NCBI RefSeq assembly: GCF_009834535.1
Contig: NC_045696.1
Span: forward strand, 106,766,001 to 106,830,000
Direction of reading: 5' to 3'
DNA length: 64,000 bases
DNA from: Camelus ferus
Lineage: Eukaryota
Shown here one piece after another: positions 1-12,867 of the stretch. The position numbers and the translations under genes were made by a program. Each line of letters opens with the position of its first letter. The stretch's first letter is position 1. Below the pieces are notes generated by a model. It made no database searches, was not told where the DNA came from, and saw only the letters and a program-made list of their open reading frames with translations.

Positions 1-819
1 TGTTTTCCCCAGGTAGGTCCTTAGGGCAGGATTTATGTTCTATTTAACTTTCAGGTTAATTTCCATTTGATTATTTTCTCTATCACTGATTTTTAAATTA
101 CTACTCATATCTTACTTGATAGTGTATCCTCGTTGTCAGCACAGTGCCTGCAAAATGGTACAAACTTAATGAAAGTAAGAACTTTAAAAATGAAGAGAAG
201 AGTCAAAAACTATCCTTAATCTTGAATAGTAAGGATTGCAATAATACATTTTAGGGGACAGGTCAGAGAGAGTAGTTTTGGGGGAATGATCAGATATGAA
301 AATGTTTGACTTTAAATGTCCTTGGTCTGGTGTGTCTGTTCAGAAAACCACGGGCTTTCCACTGTGTTTCTGCCAAAAGTTCATGCCTCTAGTGAATGTG
401 CAACTTCTGCTGCCTGTAAGGAGGGAGGAGCCTCTGTTCCTTCTTCAGATGCAGCCTCTCCATTTACTTGTTTAGTCAGAAAACACAGAAAACCATTCCT
501 TGGGTCCAGGCTCTATGGACAGTGAACATTTGAAGATTGAAAAGAGACTAAGTTTTGAACATTTGGTAGCAAAACTAAAAAAAAAAAGTTTTCCTTTTCA
601 TTATCAAGGAAAATCAGATGAAAACAGGAGGATTGTCTTTGTTTTATTTTGTGCTATTCTTTTATTCTTTATTGTGAACTGAGCAAAACACAGAAAAAGT
701 ATTTCAGAATTACATAGACTTAATTTTTCTACTTTTCCAAAATCAACTACAGTTATATTTTTAGTGGATAACCATTTTAAGTGTATGTTTAAGATGGAAA
801 TTTTATTAATTAGAAATGT

Positions 820-1110
820 GGTAAATTGCAAGTATAGAAAGTCGTAACAGTGACTGAAACAAAAATAACTTTAATCTTCTAACCTAACAGTAAATCTGGA
901 GGTGAGTAGCTGTTGACATTTGTTGTGCTGCTAAAAACACCATTGAGAACATACCTGAATCTTCCAAGTTTTTATTTCCATGCATATTACTTCATGGTGA
1001 CAAGTTGGTTGCTAAAGACCCAGAGAGCTACTCTGCCTTCAAGGCGAGAAGAAGGAAGAAAGACAGAGAGCAGCACCAGCAGCACTGGAAGCCCCTTTCT
1101 CTCTTTTTAA
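820..1110 (-). mobile_element. Old MaLR LTR fragment (MLT1J/K-like)
   Basis: Degenerate similarity to the antisense of old MLT1 LTRs ('aaatctggaggtgagtag', 'ttcatggtgacaagttggttgct'); resembles the copy at 24680-25121. Confidence 0.45.
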
Positions 1111-1445
1111 AAATCGGAATACCATAGAAGAAATAATAATAATAATAAATTGTCACAGAATTATTCATAATAAGCATGCTAGGCCCAGACGATTTTTAAA
1201 GAAAATTACAGCACACTTGCAAGAAACATATTCCACTTTCTTTGCTATTTAAACTGCTTCAAGCAAAGAAAAAAGGGTGAAATTTTCAATTAATTTTACA
1301 AGGTTAACATGAACCCAATGCCAAAGCCTCATGCTAAAAGTGGTATACATAAATACAAAAACTACAGAACAATAGCAGGTAACAGTGTGTAGAAATATAC
1401 CTCTGGCAGATAGATTCAGGAATATATTAAGAGAGCAACACACCA
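1110..1445 (+). mobile_element. Old L1 ORF2 fragment (5' part, interrupted by LTRs)
   Basis: Degenerate L1 ORF2 sequence ('aaaactacagaacaata' = ENYRPI region) ending in 'acaccatg'; resumes at ~2138. Confidence 0.7.
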
Positions 1446-1752
1446 TGTATGAGTTAAGGTTCTCCAGAGAAACAGAAACAGAACTAACAGGATACACACA
1501 CACGCACATGCACACGCACACGCGCACGCACGTACACACACAGATTTATCAAGAAGGGATTGGCTCATGCAATCATGGAGGTTAACAAGTCCCTGTAACT
1601 GCAGTCGGCAAGCTGGAGACCCAGGAAAGCTGATAGTATAGTCCAGTCTGAAAGTTGGCTGGCAGACTTGGACCCAAGAGAAGCCAATATTTCAGCTAGA
1701 GTCTGATGGCAGAAGACTGACATCCCAGCTCAAGGCAGTCAGGCAGGAGGAC
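1446..1752 (-). mobile_element. MLT2 (ERVL) LTR, partial
   Basis: Starts 'tgtatgagttaaggttctccagagaaacagaa', the reverse complement of the MLT2 3' terminus; has the internal (CA)n tract and 'ggcaagctggagacccaggaaagctg'. Confidence 0.85.
1493..1541. repeat. Imperfect (CA)n microsatellite inside MLT2
   Basis: tacacacacacgcacatgcacacgcacacgcgcacgcacgtacacacac. Confidence 0.9.
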
Positions 1753-1755
1753 CTC

Positions 1756-2132
1756 TGTCTTAGTCAGCTGAAGCTTCCATAGCAAAATACCATAGATTGG
1801 ATGGCTTAAACAACAGAGATTTATTTTCTCACAGTTCTAGAGGCTCAAAGTCCAAGATCAAGGTGCCAGCACGGTCTGTTTCTGGTGAGTGCTCACTTCT
1901 TGTCTTACAGACAACCATCTCCTTGATGTGTCCTCACGTGGCAGGGAGACAAAGTGAGCAAGCTCTGTAGTATTTTTTCTGATAAGGGCACAAATACCAA
2001 CATGAGGGCCCCACACTTCCAATCTTACCTAAATCTAATCAGCTCCCAAAGGCCCCATCTCCATGTACCACCACTTTGGAGGTTAGGGCTTCAACATACG
2101 AATTTGAGGAGGACATAATCCAGTCCATAGCA
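1756..2132 (-). mobile_element. MLT1A-type MaLR solo LTR, full length
   Basis: TG...CA termini ('tgtcttagtcag' ... 'cagtccatagca'), 377 bp, with 'ggcttaaacaacagagatttattttctcacagttctagagg' and 'gttagggcttcaacatacgaattt'. Confidence 0.9.
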
Positions 2133-2137
2133 AACCT

Positions 2138-2750
2138 TAACTAAGTAGGATTTATACCAGGAATGTAAAGATGATTCAATAGTTGGAATATTTTGATGAA
2201 ATTCGTCACATTAAAAGTTAAAGTAGATCATCTCAATTAATGCAAAAGACATGGTAAACTTCAATATCAGTTATTTCTGTGTGATGATAGAAACACTTTC
2301 TGAAATCAAAAGCACTTGTCATCTTAAGAATGAAGTAGAAAATGATAAGGTACTTATTAGTATTGCTATTATTCCAAATTTGTTGAATGTTCCAGCCAGA
2401 GTAATAAGAAAAGAAAAAGCAACAAGAGAGCTAAGAAAGACAACATTATCATTGTTTGCAGACGATGTAATCATCTAACAGGAAACACTACAGATTAGAC
2501 TAATAGCCTATCGAAATAATACCAGTTGAGCATGTGACCAGTATATGGATAAATGGAAATGAAAATAAATAGCTTTCCCACACCAGTGGTGACCAGAAAA
2601 ATATGAGAAAAAGAATCCATCTATAATAGCAAATATAAACCACCTAGGAATAAACTTAGCAGGAAATATGCAAGACCTACACAAGAACACTTCAGAACTA
2701 CTGTGGGCATAAAAGGAGATCATGTTTTTAGAAGGAAAAACTCAACACAG
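2138..2750 (+). mobile_element. Old L1 ORF2 RT fragment (continuation)
   Basis: 'ggatttataccaggaatg' (GFIPGM); ORF 2251-2478 ends in LSLFADDVII (L1 RT catalytic motif LSLFADDMI); 'cacctaggaataaactta' (YLGINL region). Confidence 0.85.
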
Positions 2751-3244
2751 AGACTCTGAGTTATGTGTAGAAGCTGCTCTCCAGGATAACACATTTTACA
2801 GCAAACAATCTTACACAGCTTTTAAGATCTTCTCTTTCCTTTGGTGTTCTGAATTTCACAAGGAAGTGTCTAGGTGAGATTCTGTTTTTCATTCATCTTG
2901 CTCAGCACTGAGTGGGCTCTTGCAATTTAAAGATTGTTGTCTCCTCAGCTGTTAGAAATTTGATTTTTCAGTTATTTCCTTTCCTTTGTTTTTTCTGTTC
3001 TCATTTTTGGAGAACTTTATTATTTGGTTCCTGAACCACCTGAATTAACATTCTATGTTTCACCATTTGTCACAGCAGCAAAGTAGATAAATCACCCAGG
3101 AATAAATCTAACGAAAGATATATGTAAGATATTAATATTAGGGGAAATTGTGTGTGGGATAAACTCAGACCTTTTGTATTATCTCTATCACTATTCTGTG
3201 AATCTAAAATTATTCTAATATGAGTTTCCTATTAGGTATCTGAG

Positions 3245-3790
3245 CAAAGATGTCAAGTAGGCAGGTGGATATGTAAGTCTGAAATTTAGGGGGCCAGCTG
3301 GGCTGGAGATTAACACTTGGAAAAGTCATCAGCGTAGAGTTAGTTGTTAAAGTCAGGAGACAGACTGAAATTACCTACCAAGGGTGTGGGAGTAAATGGA
3401 GACCAGGACTGAACCCTGCAACATCCCATAGTTTAGAGTAAAAGGGGAGGATCAAGCTAAGGAGAGCAAGAAGGGGCCATTGCCAGGAGAATGTAGTGTC
3501 TCCGAAGCCAAGTGGCAAAAATGTCAAAGAGACCTGAATTTTATTTGGCCAGCTAGAGGTTATTGGTAATATTGACCGGAGCACTTTCAGTGGAGTGGCA
3601 AAATAAAAACCTGATTGAAATGCGTTCAAGAGAATCTATGCTAAGAACGAATGGACACAGTGAATATAGACAACTTTTAAAAGAATTTACCATAAAGAGA
3701 AGTGAGAAATGGGGAACAGGTAGAGTGGAATGTTGGCTTAAGGAATATAATGCAGCATATTTGTACATTGATAGGGATTTTGAGGCCACT
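3245..3790 (-). mobile_element. L2 LINE fragment (RT region)
   Basis: 'gatgtcaagtaggcaggtggatatgtaagtctg' is typical antisense L2; minus-strand ORFs give NAFQSGF and HSTESAPVNITNNL, matching L2 RT 'QSGF..HSTETAL.KVTNDL'. Confidence 0.85.
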
Positions 3791-3799
3791 TACAATAAA

Positions 3800-4530
3800 A
3801 AGAAAAAGTAGATTAAAATCTGAAAACATCAAAGAAAGAATTCCAAAGAAACTCAAAGCATAAAACATTCTTTTTTTATGGCAAAAAGTTAGGCATATTT
3901 CTTTTAAACAGACAAAGATGCTCCACTCCACAGTATAACAGAAGTTCTTGCTGCAGACAATGTGATTTCTACATTCACAGTCTACAAACTTGCAAACTAT
4001 TGAACTTAAGAGTCCAGTAAAGTTGTTGGATATAAGATCAATACACACAAATCATGGTGTTCCTGTCAGTTACAAAAATACAAAATGGAATTTTAAAGTA
4101 TAACACCTAAAAAATAACAAAACAAAAAACCTGAATTTATGCAACAAAAGATGTATGGAACCTGGCTGTATAACATTATCAAATTTTGGACTTCAAGCCT
4201 CCAGAACTGTGAGAAAATAAATTTCTGTTGTCCTCAGCCACCAAGTTTATGAGGCTTTGTTACAGTAGCCCTCAGAAACTAATACAGATCAATTAATGCC
4301 TATGGATATAAAATGAAAAATATACACGTAATCACACTTGCAAGGGGATGGTGAGAACCGAGTTCAGGATGGTTTTTAACCCTGGGGAACAAGGAGAGGT
4401 TCACAGATGGCTCTAATTGTATCCAAAATGTGTTATGTCTTTTAAAAAATAGCAAAATAAGATTTGACAAAATTTGGTAGAGGGTCTAAAGGGGGTTGTT
4501 ATATTTTCCTGCATATATAATGTACTGTAT
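3800..4530 (+). mobile_element. Fragmented old L1 (ORF2/3'UTR pieces) with an inserted MLT1 piece
   Basis: 'ttcttgctgcagacaatgtgatt' and 'ggatataagatcaatacacacaaatca' resemble L1 ORF2; L1ME-like 3'UTR after 4290. Confidence 0.55.
4183..4286 (+). mobile_element. MLT1 LTR 3' end fragment
   Basis: 'ttggacttcaagcctccagaactgtgagaaaataaatttctgttg...gaaactaataca' matches the MLT1B/C/D 3' terminus. Confidence 0.85.
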
Positions 4531-5074
4531 TTGGAAAAAGAAAACATCATAAATTCTAAGAATATTTGGGGTGTGTGAGTGGGGCATGGATTGTCCTGGG
4601 GTCAGTCTAGCAGGACTGATGCCCATTTGGATGAGGATGACTGTTGGGAGGATGTGGCGGGGGAGGAGTTATTGGATATAGTAGCTCGGCACCCATTGGT
4701 GGATGCTGGGCAGTGACAGAAATTAAATGATGTTGGTTACTCTCCAAGGCTGGCAATGCCTTTAATATACATGCAGCCCAAGTGTGTGAAGGTAGATCTC
4801 TGTCAAAAGAATTATCAGCAATTAATTTTTATTTATTACCTTAGGAGAGAAGCTGCTTTATTTTTGAGAAGCTCTTGTTAATAATAACTTTTAACTGTAT
4901 CATTCTTTAAGGTTTAAAATGTAATTAGAAACCAGCTAACATATATTGAACTGGATTTTTCTCACCTGCAACTTCACCTCGCAGTCTAGACTCTGTCTTC
5001 ATAAGCAGAATCCTTCTTTGCCATCACTTGGTTTCTCTAGATGGTCTTTCCCCCTACTCATCTTTTTTTCACTG

Positions 5075-5181
5075 TGCATCTCTAATTGCCCTGAGCAAAG
5101 TTTTTTTTTTTTTTTTGAAGTTTCTAATGCATCTCTAATTGCCCTGTGCAAAGTTTTTTTTTTTTTTTTTGAAGTTTCTAA
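5075..5181. repeat. Tandem duplication of a 53/54-bp unit containing poly(T)
   Basis: Units 5075-5127 and 5128-5181 differ by one substitution and T16 vs T17. Confidence 0.95.
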
Positions 5182-5364
5182 TGTGCAGATCCATCTTCAA
5201 ACTAATAAGGCTATAGGTGTGTTCACTACTTTCAGTGTGTAGCTGGGAAGCACAAAGGCTTCTCAGCTTACTTTCTGACTTGTGGTTGTTCGCCAAGGTG
5301 AGGACCAAGGGGTCTGAGCTGGCAGTGCCCTCATGAAGATTGCTGCCCCTCAAGTCATAAAGGC

Positions 5365-5548
5365 TCCGTGGCCTTGAGCACGTTAGGTTCTCACATGATC
5401 AATTTCCTCATCTGTAAAATGAGAATACTTCTAAGCCAGTAGGGCTCCATGTGTGGGTTAAATTAGATATTGCAAATGAAGTGTGTGGTGTCTAGGAAGA
5501 CTTAGACTCCATGTTAAGACTTAGACAACATGTTAGCTACTGTTATTT
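5365..5548 (+). mobile_element. MIR SINE
   Basis: MIR core 'caatttcctcatctgtaaaatgagaata' and tail 'atgttagctactgttatt'. Confidence 0.75.
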
Positions 5549-5718
5549 ATTTCACTGGCCCCTAGTTCCATAGAAGCGGGTGTTTCTGTAGTGTTGGCAA
5601 AGTCCTCATTAACTGAAATGGACTATCTTAGGAAAAATATTAGTGAGTATTTTGGTCTCTACAAATACATTTATCACTTAATTTCATGATTCAAAATGTC
5701 TTTATAGGACGAAAATTT

Positions 5719-5856
5719 TCTTTTTTTCTCCCGATTTATTGCGATGTAATTGACATATCACATTGTGTAAATTTAAGGCATACAAGGTATTGATTTGATA
5801 TGCTTATACATTGCAAAATGATTGCCACCATAGCATTAGCTAACACTTCCATTAGC
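5719..5856 (-). mobile_element. L1MA-type 3' end fragment
   Basis: T-rich tail followed by 'taattgacatatcacattgtgtaaatttaagg...aaatgattgccaccata'. Confidence 0.75.
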
Positions 5857-6129
5857 ACAAAAATTTCTTATATTGAAATAGTATGATTTAGTTCTTGTTT
5901 CAGTTTTCCTCCTTGGAATTACCTCACCAGCTGTTGGTTCTATACACAGACAACCAAGAGGATATGAACAGTGGGGGAAATGGCCAGTATCTTCTAGTTT
6001 CTATGAGACTTCTCTTAGGGACAAATATTCCTGTCATCAAGTTAGAAAATTTTTGAAAAAAATCCAAGATTTTGGGAACAACTGCTCCATTTCACTTTGG
6101 TTTTAGTTTAAAACTATTTTTTTACAATG

Positions 6130-6700
6130 AGAAAATCCAATGTCAGCAGGATGACATCGAAATGAAATAGTCTTGTATTTTGCTGGTGACAGTATGAGTT
6201 AGAAGACTCTGGAGAATAATTTAATGACTTGTGCCAAATGCCTCCACAATGTTTTCACTGTTTGGCCTAGGAATTTTATTTACAGGAATTCTTTCTAGGG
6301 AAAGATAATAAAGCACTGGGGGAAAAAATCAATGAACAAATATATTTAAAATAGCATTATTTTAACTGGGAAATTAAAAAAAAAGACATATCCCAAAATA
6401 TGGCATTAGTTAAATTTTGTCATATTATCAGATGGGCTATTATGCAGATAATAAAAATGTTTATGAAAAATGTCCAAAGCTATGAAAACCTCTGATTATG
6501 AAATATCAAGCTAGAAAAGATATAAATTGTATTCAGAGAATGGCTTATGTTGGATAAAATAAAACACATAGGAATAAAGAATGGCTAGTGATAGATGACA
6601 CTGGATGGATAGTTTTTAATTTCCTTTTCTAAATTATTATGTATCTTCCAAATCTTCAATAAGCTTGCATTTCTTTTGAAATCTGAAAAAGTCAGTATAA
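6130..6700 (+). mobile_element. Old L1 (L1ME-like) 3' region
   Basis: Degenerate 'tgctggtgacagtatgag...ctctggagaataattt' and 'ggctattatgcagataataaaaatg' match the L1 ORF2 end/3'UTR. Confidence 0.6.
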
Positions 6701-7234
6701 AAAAAAGAGTAAAAAAAATGTGTTTATCACCCAAAGCTAACTTTTAGGTTTATCAGTATATTACCTTAAATAGTCAAATAGTGCTAAAAATCTTATAACA
6801 AAAACTAGCAGTGACCCGCCCCTCTCTTCCACCTTCCTCCTCTGTCCTGTAAATTTCTAGCTTCTTTTTATGGTATTTATATATAACCATATATCTGCAA
6901 AAATTCCTTGTTTCATCACTTTTCATCACATTTACACATTGAATTTTTATTACAGTAGATGAAGATTTTAGGATGGTCAAATATCCCCATTAACCACTCC
7001 CTTTCTTCCCTGTATATGGGTATCACAATTTTCAGTTAAATACTTAGTCAGGGTTTCTATTATTACAGCTATGGAAATGCTCTTCCTTGCTTTGCCAGGC
7101 AGAGTATTATGGTGTATTATAGTGTTATAGTATATTTTGGTGTATAGTGTACTTTCCCTTTTTTGTATGACTTCTAATTTTTCTTGAAATTAGTTATTGT
7201 CTTGTTTTTTCTTTTGCTTAATTTTCTTTGTCTT

Positions 7235-7702
7235 TTTTTAAAAACATTTTTTATTGAGTTATAGTCATTTTACAATGTTGTGTCGAATTCCAGTGTAGAG
7301 CACGATTTTTCAGTTATACATGAACTTGCATATATTCATTGCCACTTTTTTATTTTTGCTGTGAGCTACAGCAAGATCTTGTATATATTTCCCTGCGTTA
7401 TACAGTATAATCTTGTTTATCTATTCTGCATATGCCTGTCAGTATCTACAGATTTTGAACTCCCAGTCTGTCCCTTCCAACCCTTCTCCCCCTTGGCAAC
7501 CACAAGTTTGTATTCTATGTCTATGAGTCTGTTTCTGTTTTGTATTTATGTTCTTTTTTTTTTTATTTTTTAGATTCCACATATGAGCGATCTCATATGG
7601 TATTTTTCTTTCTCTTTTTGGCTTACTTCACTTAGAATGACATCCTACAGGTACATCCACGTTGCTGCAAATGGCGTTACGTTGTCTTTTTTTATGGCTG
7701 AA
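7235..7702 (-). mobile_element. Young 5'-truncated L1 3' end (lineage-specific) with 11-bp TSD
   Basis: Low-divergence L1 3'UTR with retained CpGs; perfect TSD 'ttctttgtctt' at 7224-7234 and 7703-7713, followed by 'aa' (L1 endonuclease-type site). Confidence 0.92.
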
Positions 7703-7949
7703 TTCTTTGTCTTAATAGCTGTGTTTTCCAACACCTTGCAACTCAGTCTCTCAATACAACTCTCCATATGGTAAAATTTTTAGATCATTTCTTTGCTCAT
7801 CCTACCTGACACCTACCTGAAACCTACATCCTACCTAAAGATGAGACATCCTACCTGAAAGCCTCTGTTTTCCAGCTTACCCTGGACTGGTTCCTCTGTT
7901 GTCCTGTTGTACATTCTGGCAATTTCTATACTACCATATTCATGTTTTT

Positions 7950-8800
7950 ATATTAGATAATGCGTTTCCAGGATCCCATATTTCCCATATCTTTTCTTCA
8001 TTTTGTCAGAGCATGCCCACCAGAGAAAGGCTTCATAAAATATTAAAAATTTGATGCTTTGCCTGTGTGTAAATATATTCATTCTATCTTTACTCATCCT
8101 TGATATTTTGGCTAGGTATAGAATTCTGTGTTGAAAACCATATTCAATCAGTTGCTGTTGAGAAGGCCCATGGCTTCTTTTGCTTGATTCTTTGTAGGTA
8201 ATCTGCTTTTTCTCTTTGGAAATTCTTTGGTTCTTCTCTATATGTTCTTAAATTTTAATAATGTAGTCTGGCATGAGTTTTATTTTGGTCATTGGGCAAG
8301 TACTGAGCAGGCTCTTTTAATCTAAAAACTCATGTTCTTTAGTTCTTAGATACTCTCTGGTATTTAACAAAAAAAGAATTTCCTCTCTACCATATTATTT
8401 GTTCTCTTTTTTTAAATTCTTCTTAGTTGTATATTAAAACTCCAGAAGTGATTTTTCTCATTTTCTTTTCTTTTCACATCTATTTTTCCTCTTTCTTCTT
8501 TTGTATTCTACTTCTGATCATTTTACTGACTTTTTAATTTTGACTAATCATATATGTAATTTTGAAGAGCTATTTCCTTCTCTGATTATTCTTTTCCAAA
8601 ATATGTTGCTTTTATATCATGGATGTAATATTTTCTCTTTAAGGACATTAATTATGGTTCCTTGGGCGTTTTATTCTGTTTCTAGCATTGTCTCTGTTTC
8701 CTTCAAATTCCCTCTTGTTTCTTTATTTTTGGACCACACTTTCATGGTAAAATGTTGGTATCCACTTATATCTAATAGTGAGTTTCTTAAAAGCATATTG
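7950..8800 (-). mobile_element. Old L1 ORF1/5' region
   Basis: 'gatattttggctaggtatagaattctgtgttgaaaa' and 'gttgctgttgagaag' are typical antisense L1 ORF1; T-rich. Confidence 0.6.
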
Positions 8801-10322
8801 AAAGTTCTATGTGTGTGAGTATGGCCTTGCCTCTGGGATAGTTTACTTTCTTCAGAGAAGAGTCCTTCAGTCTTTCTCCGACATGTGTGAGTCTGGCTGG
8901 TAGTATTCTGGAACTGGGTGGGAAAGAACATGGGGAGGAGTTTCTCTATTCAGTGATTTTCACTTAATCTTCCCTTCCCATTTTCAGTTTGGCATCTCAC
9001 CCTCTACCACCTCCATTCTAGCTGAGCCAAATCTGGAGTTCTCTTGTTCAAATTTTTCAGACACTGTATTTCTAGAATATTATATATTTTAGACTGTATT
9101 CTAAGGGACTGATCATTTGACTATGAAGTGATATGAGCTTGGAGATTCTAATTGTTTCTTATAAGACTAAACAATCCTTCTGTTTTTCAGGTCCCCTCCA
9201 CTCTGTCTTCTGAAGTACATGATACTTACTGAACCTTTCTGGGGTTCTGTGGTAGTCACTCTCTGCAAGTAATTAAATTGACCTTTCCACTTCTCGAAGT
9301 AATTTCTTTTACTTACTCATTTGCTTTCCCTCTCTCTACTTATTCTACTCTAAGTGTCAGTGAGAATGAGGTCTGTTTGCTTATTCAATTTTTCTCCTTG
9401 GTATTTGGAAGTGATTTTCAAGCAGGAAGTAAAGTGAAAAATCTGAATCTCACTTTTAAATGTAAGAAAATATATCCTCAAAATGGACACCAACATGTCT
9501 TAAGCAGCCCCAGTTAGCTTCTTTTCCTCATGCCTCCTGCATCTTCATGGGGGCAGTAGAGGACCAGCTAGTGCAGGGTGGAAAGGAAAGAACAAGGGCA
9601 AGCTCTCTGCTGACGTGATGAAAATATGCATCCAGTGTTGGACAAAACCTGTCTTTCTTTCTCTCTTTCATTTTTTAAACGCTTAAATTCAGAAGAACTT
9701 ATAACCCAGGTTTGCATGTACCCTGCAATATATAACCGATTCTGTTTAGGATGATTCTTGTAAATAAAGCGAATAGGGCAAGCAAAGTGATTTTTGTAGA
9801 TGAATTAGCATTTTTAGATGCCCAAGGGAACTTGCTTTAAGAGTAGTAAATCTTTGCACAACATGTAGATGGAATTTTTAAGGGAAAGATTTTCTTTAAA
9901 ATATGCCACATTCATGCAGGTACAGGAGAAAGACCTAGGAGCCATTCTTTTTCTGAACAAAACTCCAAGCTGCGATTTCTCTTTGGTTCTAAAGCAAAGA
10001 GCATTCATTAATAGAATGTGCATTTGTGCCACAAGAGAGGAGATTTCCCTCAGGCAGCCACTTCCGAGTGACTGTCCTGTGTGGATGCTGCAGTCAAAGG
10101 TGTCCCATGTGAATTTTTCATATGAATATTAAATAGTGGTCTCCTATCTGTGTTGGGGATGGAGATTCTTTATTCTGAATGATCTTGAAACAGTTTCTAA
10201 CATGAGACCAGAAGAACATATAGTTCCTAAGCACTTTCACGTTTATCGGGAACTCAAAATATGAATGTATAAAACAGACCCCATTGTCTTAATTTACTTC
10301 TAATTTCCTCTTTTTTCAAACT

Positions 10323-10492
10323 ATTTTATTTATTTATTTACTTATTTGTTTGTTTTGTTTTGTTTTTGTTTTGGGGGGAGGTAGTTAGGTTTATTTATTT
10401 ACTTATTTATTTTGATGGAGGTACTGAGGATTGAACCCAGGACCTCAGGCATGCTAGGCAGGCGCTCTACCACTGAGCTGTACCCTCCCTCC
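10323..10492 (-). mobile_element. Camelid tRNA-derived SINE (Vic-1 type)
   Basis: Reverse complement reads 'ggagggagggtacagctcagtggtagagcgcctgcctagcatgcctgaggtcctgggttcaatcctcagtacctcc' plus A-rich tail; Pol III A and B boxes present. Confidence 0.92.
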
Positions 10493-11449
10493 AACTCCTT
10501 ATTTCTATACATGTGATTCTCAGATCATGTCTCATATTTTCTTCTTTACATCTTGCAAGACGATCTAGGTATTTTTGAAAACTCTGAGTAAAGAGAAAGG
10601 GTTGGGGCCTTAAATATCTCTAAATAAAATATTTTTATTAATGCCTATAAACAAAATCCCACATTCTAGCAGCAAAAAGGAAAGAGGACAGAAGCAGGAA
10701 AGAATGGGAAAAGGGAGACAAGAAATCTCTTTCTTGGGAAAGGAGTTTTTTGTGCCTGGGGGCAAAGTTTGAGGAGGGATAGATATTTGGCTGGTTCCCA
10801 ACTGAGGCAAGCACTCCTCTCTGCCCTTCACTGTATAATGTTAAATCAGACATTGGTATCCCCAAATTGTAGATGGGCAAACTGAGGCTAGATATGTTAA
10901 CTAAACTACCTATAGTAATTCAAGTAGTAAATAAACCTTCCATGTAAATAGTAAAGACAAGCAAATAAAGCAACAACAACAATGCTAGTCAGGTGTCCCT
11001 AGGACTAATGGTCAGAGCTTGGAGGAGCAACTTGGGTAATTTAAGCCATATTAATCAATACCATTCTTAACTGCTTAGTGCAAATGTGTACTGCTCCCTA
11101 GTACAAAGAAAATGGAGATGCTGATGACACTGAGGTTGACAATGAATAGACCCTTGACAAAACATTCAATTTATCACTGATAGAACTTAAAAAAAATTTT
11201 CAAACCCTTGTGGAGTTTGTTATACGTTTACATTCCTACAGCATTAGGATCTTGGTGTCATAGAAGAAGCTGGAACCCCTAACAGACCTAATTATCTATG
11301 AATTCTTGTTACAAAAAGGGGAGAAAAAAAATTAGTGTGTCATAGTCAGGACATCTGGATTCAATCTTGACTCTTACATTTAATAGCTACATAATTATTA
11401 TAAAATCGTTTGATCTCTTTGGGTGTTGACTTTTTTTTATCTGTATGAT

Positions 11450-12800
11450 AAAGGTATTTAAGTATGACATCTGTTCCAATTCCTATACTATTAAAGCACA
11501 TCCTTCCTGCTGGAGAACTTTCCATCAGAGAGTCTGTGGATGATGAATTTGTCCTTAACTTTCTGAATATGTATTTATTTGTGCTCACTCTTGAATGATA
11601 GTTTGGGTGGGCGTAGTGTTCTATATTCAAAAGTATTTTTCTTTAAAGCTTTGAAATTATTGATTTACTGCCTCCCTCCACCCAGAATTGTTTATAAGAA
11701 GTCTCATTTCAATTTTATTTGACAAACAATTATATAGAATATCCTATGTGCCAGACGTTAATTATATAGAATATAATTATATATTATATTTTAATAATAT
11801 ATCCTGCGTGTCAGACGTTGTTCCATGTGCTTTCTAAATATTCACTCATTTGTTCCTTTAGCCACCCTGTGAGGGAGGTGTTATCCAACTTTTCAAATAA
11901 GGAAAATGAAGAACAAAGAGGGTAAAGAGCTTGTCTGAAGTCACACTGTTTGCAAATGGTAGAACTAGAATTCAGATTCACACGCTTCCAGCTCTTAACT
12001 CGTATGGCCTGCTGGCTCTTTTATTCTTGTTTCTTTCTACACAATCTGTTTCACTTTTTGGTGAAAGCTTTTAGGATCTTCTTTTTTCTTGGTGTTCTGA
12101 AATTTCACCATGACGTGAATAGGTGTATATGTGTGCGTGCGTGTTTGCGTGCATGTGTTTGACCTTTATTCTGCTTAACACTTGCAAAGCCTTTAATCAG
12201 ATGGGCTTATGTCATCTTTTTTCAATTTTTGGAAATTTTACCTATACGTTCATGTATCTACTCCCTAGCATTTTCTTTATTTTCTTCTTCTGAACTCTTT
12301 TTATTCAGATGATGGAACTTCTGGATCTTTTGGCCCTACCTCTTAGTTTTGTTTTCATACTTTTACATATTTATTCATGTCTGCTGCATTCCAGTAAGAT
12401 TCCTCCACTTAAACTTCCAGATCATTCATCATTTTTCTGCCAAGTGCATTTTTCTCTGTAGACTGTCTATTGAATTTCTTCAACAATCTAATTTTTAATA
12501 TCTATTACCTCGAATTGATTACTTCACACACATACGGGTGTGTATACATATGTACATCCACAAGCATTATATTTTTACGGAAATTAATTTAAATGAATCT
12601 ACTGCCCTGATTCTGAATAATTCTATTCATTATACTTTCTTACGTAACATCCCCTCCGTTTGTTGAGGTTACTGGCTCTATTGATATTAGGTTTCATTCA
12701 AAGATTTAGTGATTCTTGTTTGAGAACACATTTTTGTATTGAAGTATGATGTTGGTTGTGTATCTTCTAATAGCCACAAAGTAAGAAGATCCCTTGGAAC
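11450..12800 (-). mobile_element. Old L1 ORF1/5' region, interrupted by a MIR
   Basis: 'ttgaatgatagtttgggtgggcgtagtgttct', 'tgttctgaaatttcaccatgacgtg', 'cttccagatcattcatcatttttctgc'. Confidence 0.6.
11720..12010 (-). mobile_element. MIR SINE
   Basis: 'ccaccctgtgagggaggtgttatccaacttttcaaataaggaaaatgaag...ttgtctgaagtcacac' matches antisense MIR. Confidence 0.75.
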
Positions 12801-12867
12801 ATCTGAAGCTGTGAAAGATTTCCTGAAAGATGTAGGGCCCACGAAAACATATTGAAAATGAACCATG

